Of a stretch of 64,000 nucleotides of DNA, positions 19,257 through 29,244 are shown in pieces. The notes beneath the pieces are model-generated. The model did not search any database and was not told where the DNA came from. It saw only the letters and a list, made by a program, of their open reading frames with translations. Position 1 is the stretch's first letter. The number at the start of each line of letters is the position of its first letter. The position numbers and the translations under genes are program-made. Origin of the DNA: Deltaproteobacteria bacterium (GTDB lineage Bacteria > Myxococcota > XYA12-FULL-58-9 > JABJBS01); the NCBI GenBank assembly GCA_018668695.1, contig JABJBS010000095.1, positions 388 to 64,387 on the forward strand, written 5' to 3'.

Positions 19257-20320
19257 TCTCTAGCCAGCCAAGCACTCAGGGGTAAACATGGGAAACTTAA
19301 AATTCCCATGCCCCACGCCCCTAGCCAGGGTGCTACAGAATGCCCCAGCGAGAGCATTCTAAAAATATGGGTAACACTCAGTAAAACTCCAATGGCCACG
19401 ACACCGGCGCCAATATTCATGGCCATAGACCGGCCTCGTCCAGGCTTGAGTGCCCACGGAAGTGCCAGTAAACACATCCACAACACCCCCATTGGGTAGG
19501 CTTTGCGGCCATGCCACTCTAGAGCATGGGCGGTTGTCTCTGCCCCTGATACTTGTCTTCGCTCAATCAAACGCTGAATCTCGCTCGACTGCATATGACG
19601 CGGATTACCCGCCACTTCCAAGAGATCTTGAGCTGATAAAGAAAGGGCGATTTCGGTTCGTTCCATCTTTTCCGAGCTACCACTGCTTGGCAAAAATCGC
19701 TCAACATCCTCTAGAAACCAGCGATGGTTTTCGTAACGCAAATAATGCCCATGCAGCACTTCCGCTACCAACCCATTTTCAATCCGGTAAAGAATCGGCT
19801 CCCGAAACGACTCTGCCGTTCGGCCGGAAACAGGCAGGTACATCATCCAGTTGCCCTGATGAAACCATTGCAGCTTACGCGTAAAGTATCGGTTCAGCGC
19901 GCTGCTGCGACGCATTTGAGAAAGCCGTAAACTATCAATTTCTGCTTGAGCAATTGGCAAGGCCACCTCGCCTACCCAAAGTCCACCGGCGGAAAAGAGC
20001 GTGGCAACCAGAACAAAGGGTACTGCCTGCCTCCAGACACTCATGCCACTGGCCTGTAGAGCCAAGAGCTCTCCGCGTCGTGATAAAATTGTTCCAGTAA
20101 TCAGTGCCCCAAGTAACCCCGCCACCGGTAAGACCTGGTAAGCATACTCAATGCTGCCAAGGGCTGAGAGCTGAACCGCAATCCATAAACCATTGGCCAT
20201 ACCGGAAAGGTTGCCCGCGCTTTCCATCAAGGTCGCGCACAAAACCAAAGTCACAAGCACAAGGATGCACATCAAAACGCACTGAGCATAAAGCTTTGCG
20301 ATGTAGACGCTGATTCTCAT
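19253..20320 (-). CDS. lptG: LPS export ABC permease, LptF/LptG (YjgP/YjgQ) family
   Basis: 6-TM permease with a periplasmic beta-jellyroll insert; paired with a paralog and overlapping it by 4 nt. Confidence 0.7.
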   Translation of the reverse strand: MRISVYIAKLYAQCVLMCILVLVTLVLCATLMESAGNLSGMANGLWIAVQLSALGSIEYAYQVLPVAGLLGALITGTILSRRGELLALQASGMSVWRQAVPFVLVATLFSAGGLWVGEVALPIAQAEIDSLRLSQMRRSSALNRYFTRKLQWFHQGNWMMYLPVSGRTAESFREPILYRIENGLVAEVLHGHYLRYENHRWFLEDVERFLPSSGSSEKMERTEIALSLSAQDLLEVAGNPRHMQSSEIQRLIERRQVSGAETTAHALEWHGRKAYPMGVLWMCLLALPWALKPGRGRSMAMNIGAGVVAIGVLLSVTHIFRMLSLGHSVAPWLGAWGMGILSFPCLPLSAWLARD

Positions 20321-21417
20321 GTGGCTTTACTCCGAAAACGCCAAGAGAATACAATCAGCGCACCGAGCCCCATGAGGTTGGCAAGCCATGGCGCTAAAAG
20401 AACCGGGAAATCTGCATGCCGAGCCTGAAGCTCTGCTGCGCGGCCGATGTAATAATATCCTCCCACAATCAATGCACTCACCAAAAAGCTTCTCGCTCTT
20501 GCGCCTGGCTCTCGTCGACACCCAAGGGGCACCGCCAACAAAGCAAAAATAATCGTAGCGATTGGTAACGCAAACTTACGATGCAAAATGATACTGTGAA
20601 GAGCATGCTTCTTTTTTTGAGCCGGGTCTTCGATGACCGCCTGAAGTTCCCCCAGAGTCTTACCCTGAACGGCTTGGAGTGTTCGTGCTTTGTTACCAAC
20701 CAAATTGCCGACGTTCAGGCGATAAACGGTCTCACCGAACTTAAGCATTCTTTGTCGTCCAGCCGCTTGGTCTTGAATCCAAATGTTGCCATCTTGCAGC
20801 TCAAATAGAATCTCACTCGCACTGGCACCTTGAAGCACTCGACCCTCTTTTGCAGAAACAGCGATAGCTTGTGCGCTATCACGCCGGTCGGTGAAGAACA
20901 CTTTTTGCAGCCTATCTCCATCACGTGCTTCCGCGTAAAACACGACGCCAGAGACCCATTCCGTAAATTGCCCTGGCGTCGTTCCTTGTGCCAATGCTCG
21001 TTGGGCACTTCGCGCCATCAACTCTCTAAGACCTTTTACGCCCCATGGCTCACCTAATGTGGTCGCAACCATACAAACCATCATCAAGAATGTACCAAGC
21101 ATCAAAGGCATCCGGTAAAGGGCAAATGGAGAGCCACCTGACGCACACCAAGCTACAATCTCAGAATCTGTCGCCATGCGACCAACAGCAAACAAGGTTG
21201 CAAAGAGCATACTTACCGGAATCAAGATGCCCAACATTGGTGGAATTGAATAAGCCAACGCTTCTAATAATTCACTGCCGGTAATACCGATTCCAGTCAC
21301 GGAGTCGGAAATCTTCATCAGCTGCCCAAATGCGACAATGATAAAGAAAAGCCCCAAACCTACAAAAAGCGGAATGGTTATTTCCTTAAATAGATATTTG
21401 TCGATGGCGCGTATCAT
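20317..21417 (-). CDS. lptF: LPS export ABC permease, LptF/LptG (YjgP/YjgQ) family
   Basis: MIRAIDKYLFKEI… typical YjgP/YjgQ N-terminus; start taken at the internal Met (21417). Confidence 0.7.
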   Translation of the reverse strand: MIRAIDKYLFKEITIPLFVGLGLFFIIVAFGQLMKISDSVTGIGITGSELLEALAYSIPPMLGILIPVSMLFATLFAVGRMATDSEIVAWCASGGSPFALYRMPLMLGTFLMMVCMVATTLGEPWGVKGLRELMARSAQRALAQGTTPGQFTEWVSGVVFYAEARDGDRLQKVFFTDRRDSAQAIAVSAKEGRVLQGASASEILFELQDGNIWIQDQAAGRQRMLKFGETVYRLNVGNLVGNKARTLQAVQGKTLGELQAVIEDPAQKKKHALHSIILHRKFALPIATIIFALLAVPLGCRREPGARARSFLVSALIVGGYYYIGRAAELQARHADFPVLLAPWLANLMGLGALIVFSWRFRSKAT

Positions 21418-21445
21418 ATTCCAGCTCTCAAAAGATGACCGGAAC

Positions 21446-23197
21446 CTATCGAAGAAGTGCGGCCTCATGAAGACTTAATTGTGGGAACTGACGACTTAAA
21501 GTCATGGGGTGATTGGCTCGGTGGCCATATTCATAAAATCCAGGAATCGTAACCGGCAATCGACCCGTCATTGCAGATTTGCCGAGAATTGCTTTGGCGG
21601 CGGCTCGCTGAGCTGCTTTTTGGTAGCTGTAGGTACAAACGTAACCATCTACGTCGGGCATACTCTCCAGATAATAAGGCGATGCAAAACTCACAACCGT
21701 CACGGGTACGTGAGGAAGCTGCCGCGTGACCTCTTTGATCATTGTTATGTGGTATCGATTGACCGCAACCATGACCAAAGCATCCGCATTTTTGCCTTCA
21801 CGAACCATTCGCTTAACCTCTGCGCTGCGCCGAGCTCGGCTTGGACGATACGGCACACGAAAGACCTTCGTGAACTTTGGCTTTGCCATGGTATTGGCAA
21901 ACTCACCTGAGGGGCTCATCACCACAACTTTCCGGTAACGTACGGACCGCAATGGCAACACGTCGCCATGATTTCGGACCAGCGTAATCGATTCGGTGGC
22001 AATGCGCTCTGCCACGCGTCGGTGAACTTTATTTCGGTTGCCATCTCGTAGCACCGAGCGCAGTGAGGGAAGGTCACGCTTGAAAAGTTCGCGCTTTAAC
22101 TTCACTCGCAAAATTCTACGTACTGATTGGTCCAGACGGTCCATGGTGATGGTTCCACGCTTTACTGCCTGAATGAGCGCCCTATAGACCTCTTCTTTTT
22201 TACTGTTTGTCCATAAGATCATGGCCATATCCGCACCGGCCAAGATCGCTCGAACTGCCGCGGTTCCAGCTCCATATTGCTCAACGATACCCTGCATTTC
22301 CAGACCATCGGTAATCACAATCCCTTCAAAACCCATCCGCTCTCGCAGCTCTTCAGTGAGAATCTTATAAGAAAGCGTTGCGGGTAAATTGGGTTCTTCG
22401 GCTACTTTGGGCAAAGCGATGTGAGCTGTCATAACGGCATCAAGCCCCGCCGCAATAGCGCGTTCAAATGGTACCAGCTCGAGATTTCGTAACCGCTCGA
22501 TATTGGTTGGAATCGATGGCATTGCAAAATGGGAATCAGATTGAGTATCACCATGGCCCGGAAAGTGCTTCGCAACACCGGTTACACCTGCTTCTTGTTG
22601 GCCTCTTACAAACCAGGTCCCCAAAGCTCCTACGAGTTCAGGTTTCTCTCCGTACGAGCGAATGCCAATCACCGGGTTACGTGGGTTTGAGTTTACATCC
22701 AAAACAGGGGCAAGGTTCATATTGAATCCGAGCCGCCTCAAGTCTGTTCCAAGTGCTTGGCCAGCCACGTAGGATAATGCAGTCGAGCGGGTAGCACCTA
22801 AAGCCATATTGCCGGGTAAAACCGTGGCACCGTCCTTGAGGCGAATAACGTTACCACCTTCTTGATCCAAAGAGATAAAAGCTGGAACGGAGCGGCTGGT
22901 AAGAGACTGAATGCCGCGGGTAAAGCGGGCTATCTGTTCAGTGGATTCAATATTACGAGCAAAAATCGCAACACCGCCAACTTTGCGCTCGCCGACCCAG
23001 CGTCTGATATGAGGTGTTACTTGTTTGCCAGAAAAGCCGATCAACAGGAGCTGACCCACTTTCTCCTCAATACTCATCGCATCGATGATGGTTTCTAGAT
23101 CTTGATTTGTTTCGGGTAAGAGGGGCTTAGCGGATAAACTGGTAGACATCAGCAATACTGCCAACGTAAGCCCTGTTTTCATCCACCCGTGCCTCAT
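21446..23197 (-). CDS. Glycoside hydrolase family 3 protein (NagZ-like beta-N-acetylhexosaminidase N-domain) with C-terminal extension, secreted
   Basis: Signal peptide; GH3 motifs …SLDQEGG…, KHFPGHGDT…D…. Confidence 0.75.
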   Translation of the reverse strand: MRHGWMKTGLTLAVLLMSTSLSAKPLLPETNQDLETIIDAMSIEEKVGQLLLIGFSGKQVTPHIRRWVGERKVGGVAIFARNIESTEQIARFTRGIQSLTSRSVPAFISLDQEGGNVIRLKDGATVLPGNMALGATRSTALSYVAGQALGTDLRRLGFNMNLAPVLDVNSNPRNPVIGIRSYGEKPELVGALGTWFVRGQQEAGVTGVAKHFPGHGDTQSDSHFAMPSIPTNIERLRNLELVPFERAIAAGLDAVMTAHIALPKVAEEPNLPATLSYKILTEELRERMGFEGIVITDGLEMQGIVEQYGAGTAAVRAILAGADMAMILWTNSKKEEVYRALIQAVKRGTITMDRLDQSVRRILRVKLKRELFKRDLPSLRSVLRDGNRNKVHRRVAERIATESITLVRNHGDVLPLRSVRYRKVVVMSPSGEFANTMAKPKFTKVFRVPYRPSRARRSAEVKRMVREGKNADALVMVAVNRYHITMIKEVTRQLPHVPVTVVSFASPYYLESMPDVDGYVCTYSYQKAAQRAAAKAILGKSAMTGRLPVTIPGFYEYGHRANHPMTLSRQFPQLSLHEAALLR

Positions 23198-23200
23198 GCT

Positions 23201-24733
23201 CTAACCTTCCCAAGGTTCGAAGCGGGCTTTATTGTCAGCCACAGCTTGTCGGCTCATTTTTCTCAGAAACTCAGGAATGTTCTTCTTGAATTTTTCAAGC
23301 GCCTCACCTTTGAGTGATTTACCCTTCGCAAACTTTTGTTTTTGCGGGTTCATAAAGCGACCATCTTTTTTAAGTTCGTAATGCAGGTGCGGCCCTGTGG
23401 ACATCCCTGTAGAGTCAACAAGTCCGATGATTTCTTTTTGAAGCACTCGCTGACCCACTCGAACGTGAATCTTGTGCAGGTGTGCATACTGCGAGACCCA
23501 GCCATTGGCATGACGGATAGATATAAAGTTTCCGTAGCCGCCGTTTCGTCCAGCTCTTACAACCCGTCCATCACCGACGCTCCAGATTGGCGTGCCACGA
23601 GCCACACCATAATCAACCCCATTATGACTTCTGGTATAACCAAGAATCGGGTGACGCCGCTTACCAAAACCACTGGTAACATTCGCATATTTAACCGGCG
23701 CCTTGAGAAGCTGCTTACGCATGGAGTGACCATTCTTATCGAAATAACTCACGAGATCTTTCTCACCAACATGGGCAAAAGCCTGGTGAACTTCATCTCC
23801 TTGAACGAACTCAGCCGCTAAAATATTTCCGTAGCCGATAAACTCTCCGTTACCGTGCTGCTTTTCGACTAAGATGCGAAACTTTGCACCCTGTCGAACG
23901 TCTGAGAAAAAGTCGATGTCCCAGGCGAAGATTTCAACGAAGAGCGATACGAGCGCTGCTTTCTCGCCAGATTTAATCAGCGCATCCCATAACGAGATGG
24001 TAACCTCACCCTCAACCGCAGAAACCAAAGTTTCCTTTTCTACGGACACTTGGTTTGCCGACCATACGCCATCATTAAGCCGAGCTTGATAGCTAGCCAA
24101 AACACCCTGATAGATATCGAGCCGGCGCAAATCACCTTCAGCGGTAATCCAGGCCGTAAAATGATGGCCAGGACGGATACGCCGAAAATCCACCAGCTTA
24201 CCCAGGCTATTAAACGCACCGGATACTTGTGAACGGTCGAGACCTACTTCGAGTAAAGCATCGAAAGGCATTTGTCCGCGCTTGAGTGTAACGCGCAGAT
24301 TGTCTGTAATTTCCGAACTCGGCTTGAGACCCGCTGCGGGGTTGTAGCTCCCAGCCAAGCGGGCCAGCGCAGAAACAGTACTCTCGGCGGGTGGTTGAAT
24401 CGGCTGGACTGGGGCAACCTTAGCTTGAGGAGCTTCAGTCGTTTCTTTTGGGGCGGTGATGTCAGCAGAAGGTTGAGTTACCTGCGCCACTTGAACGGGC
24501 GCGGCTTCGGGCTGCTTACGAGGAGCAACAACTGGAGTTTCGGTGACTCTTGTATCGAGAGCGCTTGCCTGAGCAACCATCTCGCGCGGGTCTCCGTAAT
24601 AAACCACCACCGCTATATTGATAGCAATCAGCAAAGCTACCCACGGAAAATGCGTCATGGACGGCATAGGCCACGGTTGCTTTGAAGGCCGCTTTTCAGC
24701 CCGGTACTTTCGATATGTTACGTCTTTAGCCAC
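23201..24733 (-). CDS. M23 family metallopeptidase (LytM domain) with N-terminal TM anchor and Pro/Ala-rich linker
   Basis: HNGVDYG…, GYGNFISIRHANGWVSQYAHL…, STGMSTGPHLHYE (HxxxD / HxH M23 motifs). Confidence 0.8.
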   Translation of the reverse strand: MAKDVTYRKYRAEKRPSKQPWPMPSMTHFPWVALLIAINIAVVVYYGDPREMVAQASALDTRVTETPVVAPRKQPEAAPVQVAQVTQPSADITAPKETTEAPQAKVAPVQPIQPPAESTVSALARLAGSYNPAAGLKPSSEITDNLRVTLKRGQMPFDALLEVGLDRSQVSGAFNSLGKLVDFRRIRPGHHFTAWITAEGDLRRLDIYQGVLASYQARLNDGVWSANQVSVEKETLVSAVEGEVTISLWDALIKSGEKAALVSLFVEIFAWDIDFFSDVRQGAKFRILVEKQHGNGEFIGYGNILAAEFVQGDEVHQAFAHVGEKDLVSYFDKNGHSMRKQLLKAPVKYANVTSGFGKRRHPILGYTRSHNGVDYGVARGTPIWSVGDGRVVRAGRNGGYGNFISIRHANGWVSQYAHLHKIHVRVGQRVLQKEIIGLVDSTGMSTGPHLHYELKKDGRFMNPQKQKFAKGKSLKGEALEKFKKNIPEFLRKMSRQAVADNKARFEPWEG

Positions 24734-24865
24734 TTTGTCTCTCTGCTACGACTTCAACTACTTGTGCATACAAGCACGCACCTAAGTATTGATTTTTAAC
24801 ACGAGCATGAAAGACGTCAATAAATCTAACGAGTTGACCTGTGACCGATTGGGCCTTTGGCGGCC

Positions 24866-26845
24866 TTAAAGATCTTCGAGATTCAGGCCACCGGGGTAGC
24901 CATAAGAGACATAAGAATCATAACCATGAACCATCACACTGCAGCCACAAACGATGCCCGCCGTGTCGCAATCCACATCGCCATCATCGAGTTCATTATC
25001 GTTGCAACAATGATGCGGGTTAACGCAACTTAGTGAATGAAATCCATCAGTTATAGGCATACGGACGGCCTTCCAATCGGTGCCCTCCAGGTCGGTCACA
25101 AACTCTTGTGGGATGTCTGCCAAGGAGTTTCCATCCAGGCGTGCCTCCATGCCAGATTGGATAGCAATCGACACGTAATCTTCCTCGTATTTATCGGGTG
25201 CAAGGAACACGTACGAGTCCCTAAATTGCTGAACAGGCACTGCTAAAATAAATGCAGGATCGCCAATACCGGCGTCGTAATCATGGCGACCTGGGTCTGG
25301 TGCTTGCTCGGCTGCTAAGAATTGACCTACTAAAATTGGCTTGTTGCTGTTGATAAAGAAATCAGCATTCGACTCAATTTCAAACCACTCGCCGCTGTCC
25401 AAGTTTCGGGCCGTACCCACGGATGCCGGTGAGAAAGTAACTTCAGTGCCATCTTCGGCTGCAAGAACACGCCAACTATCCTTCTCGGCGCCCCGAGGCA
25501 TACTGCGGATGGCAATGTAGTTCTTACCCCATGTGGATACCGGGAAAAGTTGCTGCTCCAAGTGATCGGCGCAGCAAGTAATCAGCTCAGAAATTGCACA
25601 AGGTTCGTGAGGTGAACACTGTGAGGGGTTGGGATGATTTGCACAGTAAGGTGCGCCGCACTCAATTTCAGAATCAGCCACACATGTGTTGCTCTCTAAA
25701 TCGCAACGGGTAGTGTTGGGCGAATTCGAGGCTTCACTTCCAGCAAAAACCAAAACTGGTTTGTCGGACTGGACGCGGCTACCGGTGAGGTCACCACCGA
25801 TAAAATTCGTCTCGATATTTAGGACCTCATACTTGTTTAACTCCGTTGTGAACTGCTCACCGGGCTCCAGAGCCGGAATACCGGGCCCAGGAAATGTACG
25901 GCTCGTCACCGTCACGCCAACGGTAGTAGGTTCATCATTGATTCCGACAACGGTCACAAAACCCTTTAAATCTTCAAAAGTCTGCTCACGCGTCATAACG
26001 AGATAATCTTGGCTTGCAGTGGTTGTTGGTAAGAGCAATGAAGCATCGTTGGAAAAGACATCTTCATTTTCAAGTGGGTTAAACTGATAACTCGTGACCG
26101 GAATATTCGATACAATACGATAAGCCTTCATGTCTTTTTCGGTGCCGTTAATATTACGTGCCGGCAATTCAAAGATTTTGATGCCTTTGGGCGGAATCAC
26201 CGCAGCATCAACATAATTATCAGGCAAGTTAGGGCTATCGCATTCGTTGGGAGCATCCGGAACCGACATCGGTCCCTTACTGATCAACACATAAGCCGAC
26301 TGAGCAACATCTGGGTTAGATAAAACAACCGCGTACTGACTGTTGGCCGCATCACAGTATTTAATGTTTCCAAACTCATCCGTGCCACATGGCACGTTGG
26401 CATTGTCGAGATCGACTGAGAAGTATTCGCAACCTAAGTAGCTCTTTTGACCCTCATCACAGACGGCAACACAGTCGCCGTCATAGCAAACGCCGTCCAT
26501 CGGAGGATCAGAGCAGCTGTGGGAATAGCAAAGTGAGGTTCCAGTATCGTCGCATTGGTAAACATAGAGGTGATCGGCTCCGCACACTCGCGCGCCTGGT
26601 TCACAAAGCTGTTCACGGCACTCATCAGGATCACCGTTGACACCATCGACGCAAATCTCGCCTTCGGTACACGGTGTGTCGTACCAACTCGTCCCTTTTA
26701 AGTCACATGTACGGGCACCGGATTCGGTGCACTCAAACAAGCCAGGCTCGCAGATACGCGAGGCCAGATCGTCTTTGGAGCAAGCTCCTAAGGTCCCTGA
26801 AAGAACGATAATAATCGGAATCCATTTCATATTGCTTTGCATCAC
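24866..26845 (-). CDS. Cysteine-rich secreted lipoprotein (about 40 Cys; Cys-rich modules at both ends, beta-rich central region)
   Basis: Lipobox (…SGTLGAC); EGF-like CxxxxC spacing repeated at the N- and C-termini; no confident family assignment from the sequence alone. Confidence 0.45.
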   Translation of the reverse strand: MMQSNMKWIPIIIVLSGTLGACSKDDLASRICEPGLFECTESGARTCDLKGTSWYDTPCTEGEICVDGVNGDPDECREQLCEPGARVCGADHLYVYQCDDTGTSLCYSHSCSDPPMDGVCYDGDCVAVCDEGQKSYLGCEYFSVDLDNANVPCGTDEFGNIKYCDAANSQYAVVLSNPDVAQSAYVLISKGPMSVPDAPNECDSPNLPDNYVDAAVIPPKGIKIFELPARNINGTEKDMKAYRIVSNIPVTSYQFNPLENEDVFSNDASLLLPTTTASQDYLVMTREQTFEDLKGFVTVVGINDEPTTVGVTVTSRTFPGPGIPALEPGEQFTTELNKYEVLNIETNFIGGDLTGSRVQSDKPVLVFAGSEASNSPNTTRCDLESNTCVADSEIECGAPYCANHPNPSQCSPHEPCAISELITCCADHLEQQLFPVSTWGKNYIAIRSMPRGAEKDSWRVLAAEDGTEVTFSPASVGTARNLDSGEWFEIESNADFFINSNKPILVGQFLAAEQAPDPGRHDYDAGIGDPAFILAVPVQQFRDSYVFLAPDKYEEDYVSIAIQSGMEARLDGNSLADIPQEFVTDLEGTDWKAVRMPITDGFHSLSCVNPHHCCNDNELDDGDVDCDTAGIVCGCSVMVHGYDSYVSYGYPGGLNLEDL

Positions 26846-27038
26846 CTACCCACTTTGTAAACAACGGTACCCCTGGCTCGTGCGGCGGACCAGGATTGCT
26901 TACGGTTTGGCACGCTACCAACCCAGCCAGGCTGCGTAAATGGTGAGAATGATGTCTCCCGTTCAAAGAGTTCGCGGAATACTCATCCAGGTTCATCCAG
27001 TCATTGACCAACCGAATTTCCTGCGGCAGATAGCGAAC

Positions 27039-28061
27039 ATGACTAAGGCATATAAAGTAGCAGTTGTTGGCGCCACCGGAGTTGTGGGCCGTGAAATGAT
27101 AAACGTTCTTGAAGAGCGCACTTTCCCAGTCTCAGAGCTGGTTCCGCTGGCATCTCCGCGGACGGCTGGGGAGAAAATAACCTTCCAAGACAAAGAATAC
27201 ACCGTGGGTGTGGCCTGTGCTGAAGCCTTCGAAGGTGTTGATATTGCTTTATTTTCTGCCGGCGGGTCGGTAAGTTTAGAGCTGGCACCCCTCGCTGCCG
27301 AAAAAGGCGCAGTGGTTATCGACAACAGCTCAGCTTGGCGCATGGACCCGGAAGTTCCCCTGGTCGTTCCAGAGGTCAATCCAGAAGCTATCGGCGGTTA
27401 TAAGCAAAAAGGAATCATCGCCAACCCCAACTGTTCCACGATTCAAATGGTCGTCGCGCTCAAGCCCCTACACGATCTTGCGGGGCTCAAGAGAGTTATT
27501 GTTTCTACTTACCAAGCGGTTAGTGGCGGCGGTAAAGCGGCCATGGACGAACTTTCGACCCAAGTTTCCAAGCTCTTCAACGGCCTTGAGCCGGAGCCCG
27601 AAATCTTTCCACACACCATCGCTTTTAACTGCTTGCCCCACATCGACGTATTCCAAGACGACGGTTACACCAAAGAAGAGCATAAGATGATCTTCGAAAC
27701 TCGGAAGATTATGGATCTCCCCGAACTCGGTGTTTGCCCAACATGCGTCCGAGTACCCGTATTCAACGGCCACGCTGAATCAGTGACCGCCGAATTTGAA
27801 AACGAAATCACAGTGGAACAAGCCAGCAAGGCTTTGCGTGAAGGTCGCGGACTCTTTGTCCAAGATGAACCAGCTAAGAACCTCTACCCCACTCAGATAG
27901 AGATCTCTGGCTCCGATGCGACCTGCGTAGGTCGAATTCGCAAGGATCCTTCGGCACCGAACAGCTTGGCATTTTGGTGTGTGGCCGACAACCTACGCAA
28001 AGGGGCCGCCACCAATGCGGTTCAAGTGGCTGAAATTCTCTCCCAGCACCATTTAGACTAA
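27039..28061 (+). CDS. asd: Aspartate-semialdehyde dehydrogenase
   Basis: VAVVGATGVVG Rossmann motif; …NPNCSTIQMV… catalytic Cys region; start taken at the internal Met (MTKAYKV). Confidence 0.85.
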   Translation: MTKAYKVAVVGATGVVGREMINVLEERTFPVSELVPLASPRTAGEKITFQDKEYTVGVACAEAFEGVDIALFSAGGSVSLELAPLAAEKGAVVIDNSSAWRMDPEVPLVVPEVNPEAIGGYKQKGIIANPNCSTIQMVVALKPLHDLAGLKRVIVSTYQAVSGGGKAAMDELSTQVSKLFNGLEPEPEIFPHTIAFNCLPHIDVFQDDGYTKEEHKMIFETRKIMDLPELGVCPTCVRVPVFNGHAESVTAEFENEITVEQASKALREGRGLFVQDEPAKNLYPTQIEISGSDATCVGRIRKDPSAPNSLAFWCVADNLRKGAATNAVQVAEILSQHHLD

Positions 28062-28239
28062 GAAATTAAGTTTTCGCCCGGAATAGTTGGCTTTGTTCAG
28101 CGGTTGCATCGCTGGCCCAGTAAGACTACACCCCGCGGGTAACTTGATTACCGGGAACCCAGTCATTAGTGTCTGACTGCAGGGTTTAAACCTTGCATGA
28201 AGCACTGCGGCAACGGTTGCAAGAGATATTGGTAGCATA

Positions 28240-29244
28240 ATGAACGCATTATTAATTCTAGGATTCGCTCTGGGTGCAACAACATCGCCCCCAGCGGGTG
28301 CCACCTTAGTACTCACGGTGGACACCGAAACAGACACCTATCTAACGACCAGTCACTGCGAAGAGAGCGCGCTAGCAAGCAGCGCTTCATTTGCAGTCAG
28401 CACCGACTCGCTTACTCCGATTATCGCGGAAAACGACAAGCTGTATATTTGGTGGGAGACTTCAGACTCCGGGGAATGTACCACGCCGAGCGCTGAAGAA
28501 AGCAACCAGGTTGTTCAAGGTGCGGTCTTAAACGGCGAACTCATCTCGCAAGATGGCGGCACTCCATTGGTTTCATCCTCTCTGGGATTAAATTTCCCTG
28601 AGGGTGTAAGCTCTGCCACCCTGACCTACCAAGAGATCTTTGCTCGGATTGACACCGACGCATGTACTACCGACGTAGACTACACAGAGCTCACTCTTTG
28701 CGTCGCCATCGATAGCGTCGCCTCAACCGTTGATAACGACGTAACCATCAGCAGCACTGCGGAAGCATGGACGGCCGTCAATTTTGTCATCGACACCGCT
28801 GCTCCTTCCACACCTACTGTTGACAGTATCACGGCACTCGATGGGGCTGTGGATATCAAGGTCTCGGTCAGCGATGAAGATCCACAACTGGCCACTTGGA
28901 AGCTCTACATCCAAGAGCAAGGTGCCGTGAAAAGTATCGATTGCTCTGACTGGGACGTTGAGGCCACAGAATACAGCCCAACGGCTACCAGCTCGGAAAC
29001 GCTTAACTACCGCGTTGATAATGGTTTGATTTACGAGTTCTGTGTTGTTGCGGTCGATGAAGCAGGCAACGAAAGCGAAGCCTCTGAAGTCACCGTTGCT
29101 CAATCTCAAGACGAGTGCGACTTTATTGAATGCTATCCAGGAGATCTCAAAGACGGTCACTGCAGCGCAGCTCCTCCAGCCCTTTGGTGGTTGGCGGGTC
29201 TTGGAATTCTCTGGCGTCGCCGCCGTGGAGGACTTAATCGATGA
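28240..29244 (+). CDS. Secreted FN3/Ig-like protein with a MYXO-CTERM-like C-terminal sorting signal
   Basis: Signal peptide; C-terminus …GHCSAAPPALWWLAGLGILWRRRRGG (Cys + hydrophobic + Arg cluster). Confidence 0.5.
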   Translation: MNALLILGFALGATTSPPAGATLVLTVDTETDTYLTTSHCEESALASSASFAVSTDSLTPIIAENDKLYIWWETSDSGECTTPSAEESNQVVQGAVLNGELISQDGGTPLVSSSLGLNFPEGVSSATLTYQEIFARIDTDACTTDVDYTELTLCVAIDSVASTVDNDVTISSTAEAWTAVNFVIDTAAPSTPTVDSITALDGAVDIKVSVSDEDPQLATWKLYIQEQGAVKSIDCSDWDVEATEYSPTATSSETLNYRVDNGLIYEFCVVAVDEAGNESEASEVTVAQSQDECDFIECYPGDLKDGHCSAAPPALWWLAGLGILWRRRRGGLNR

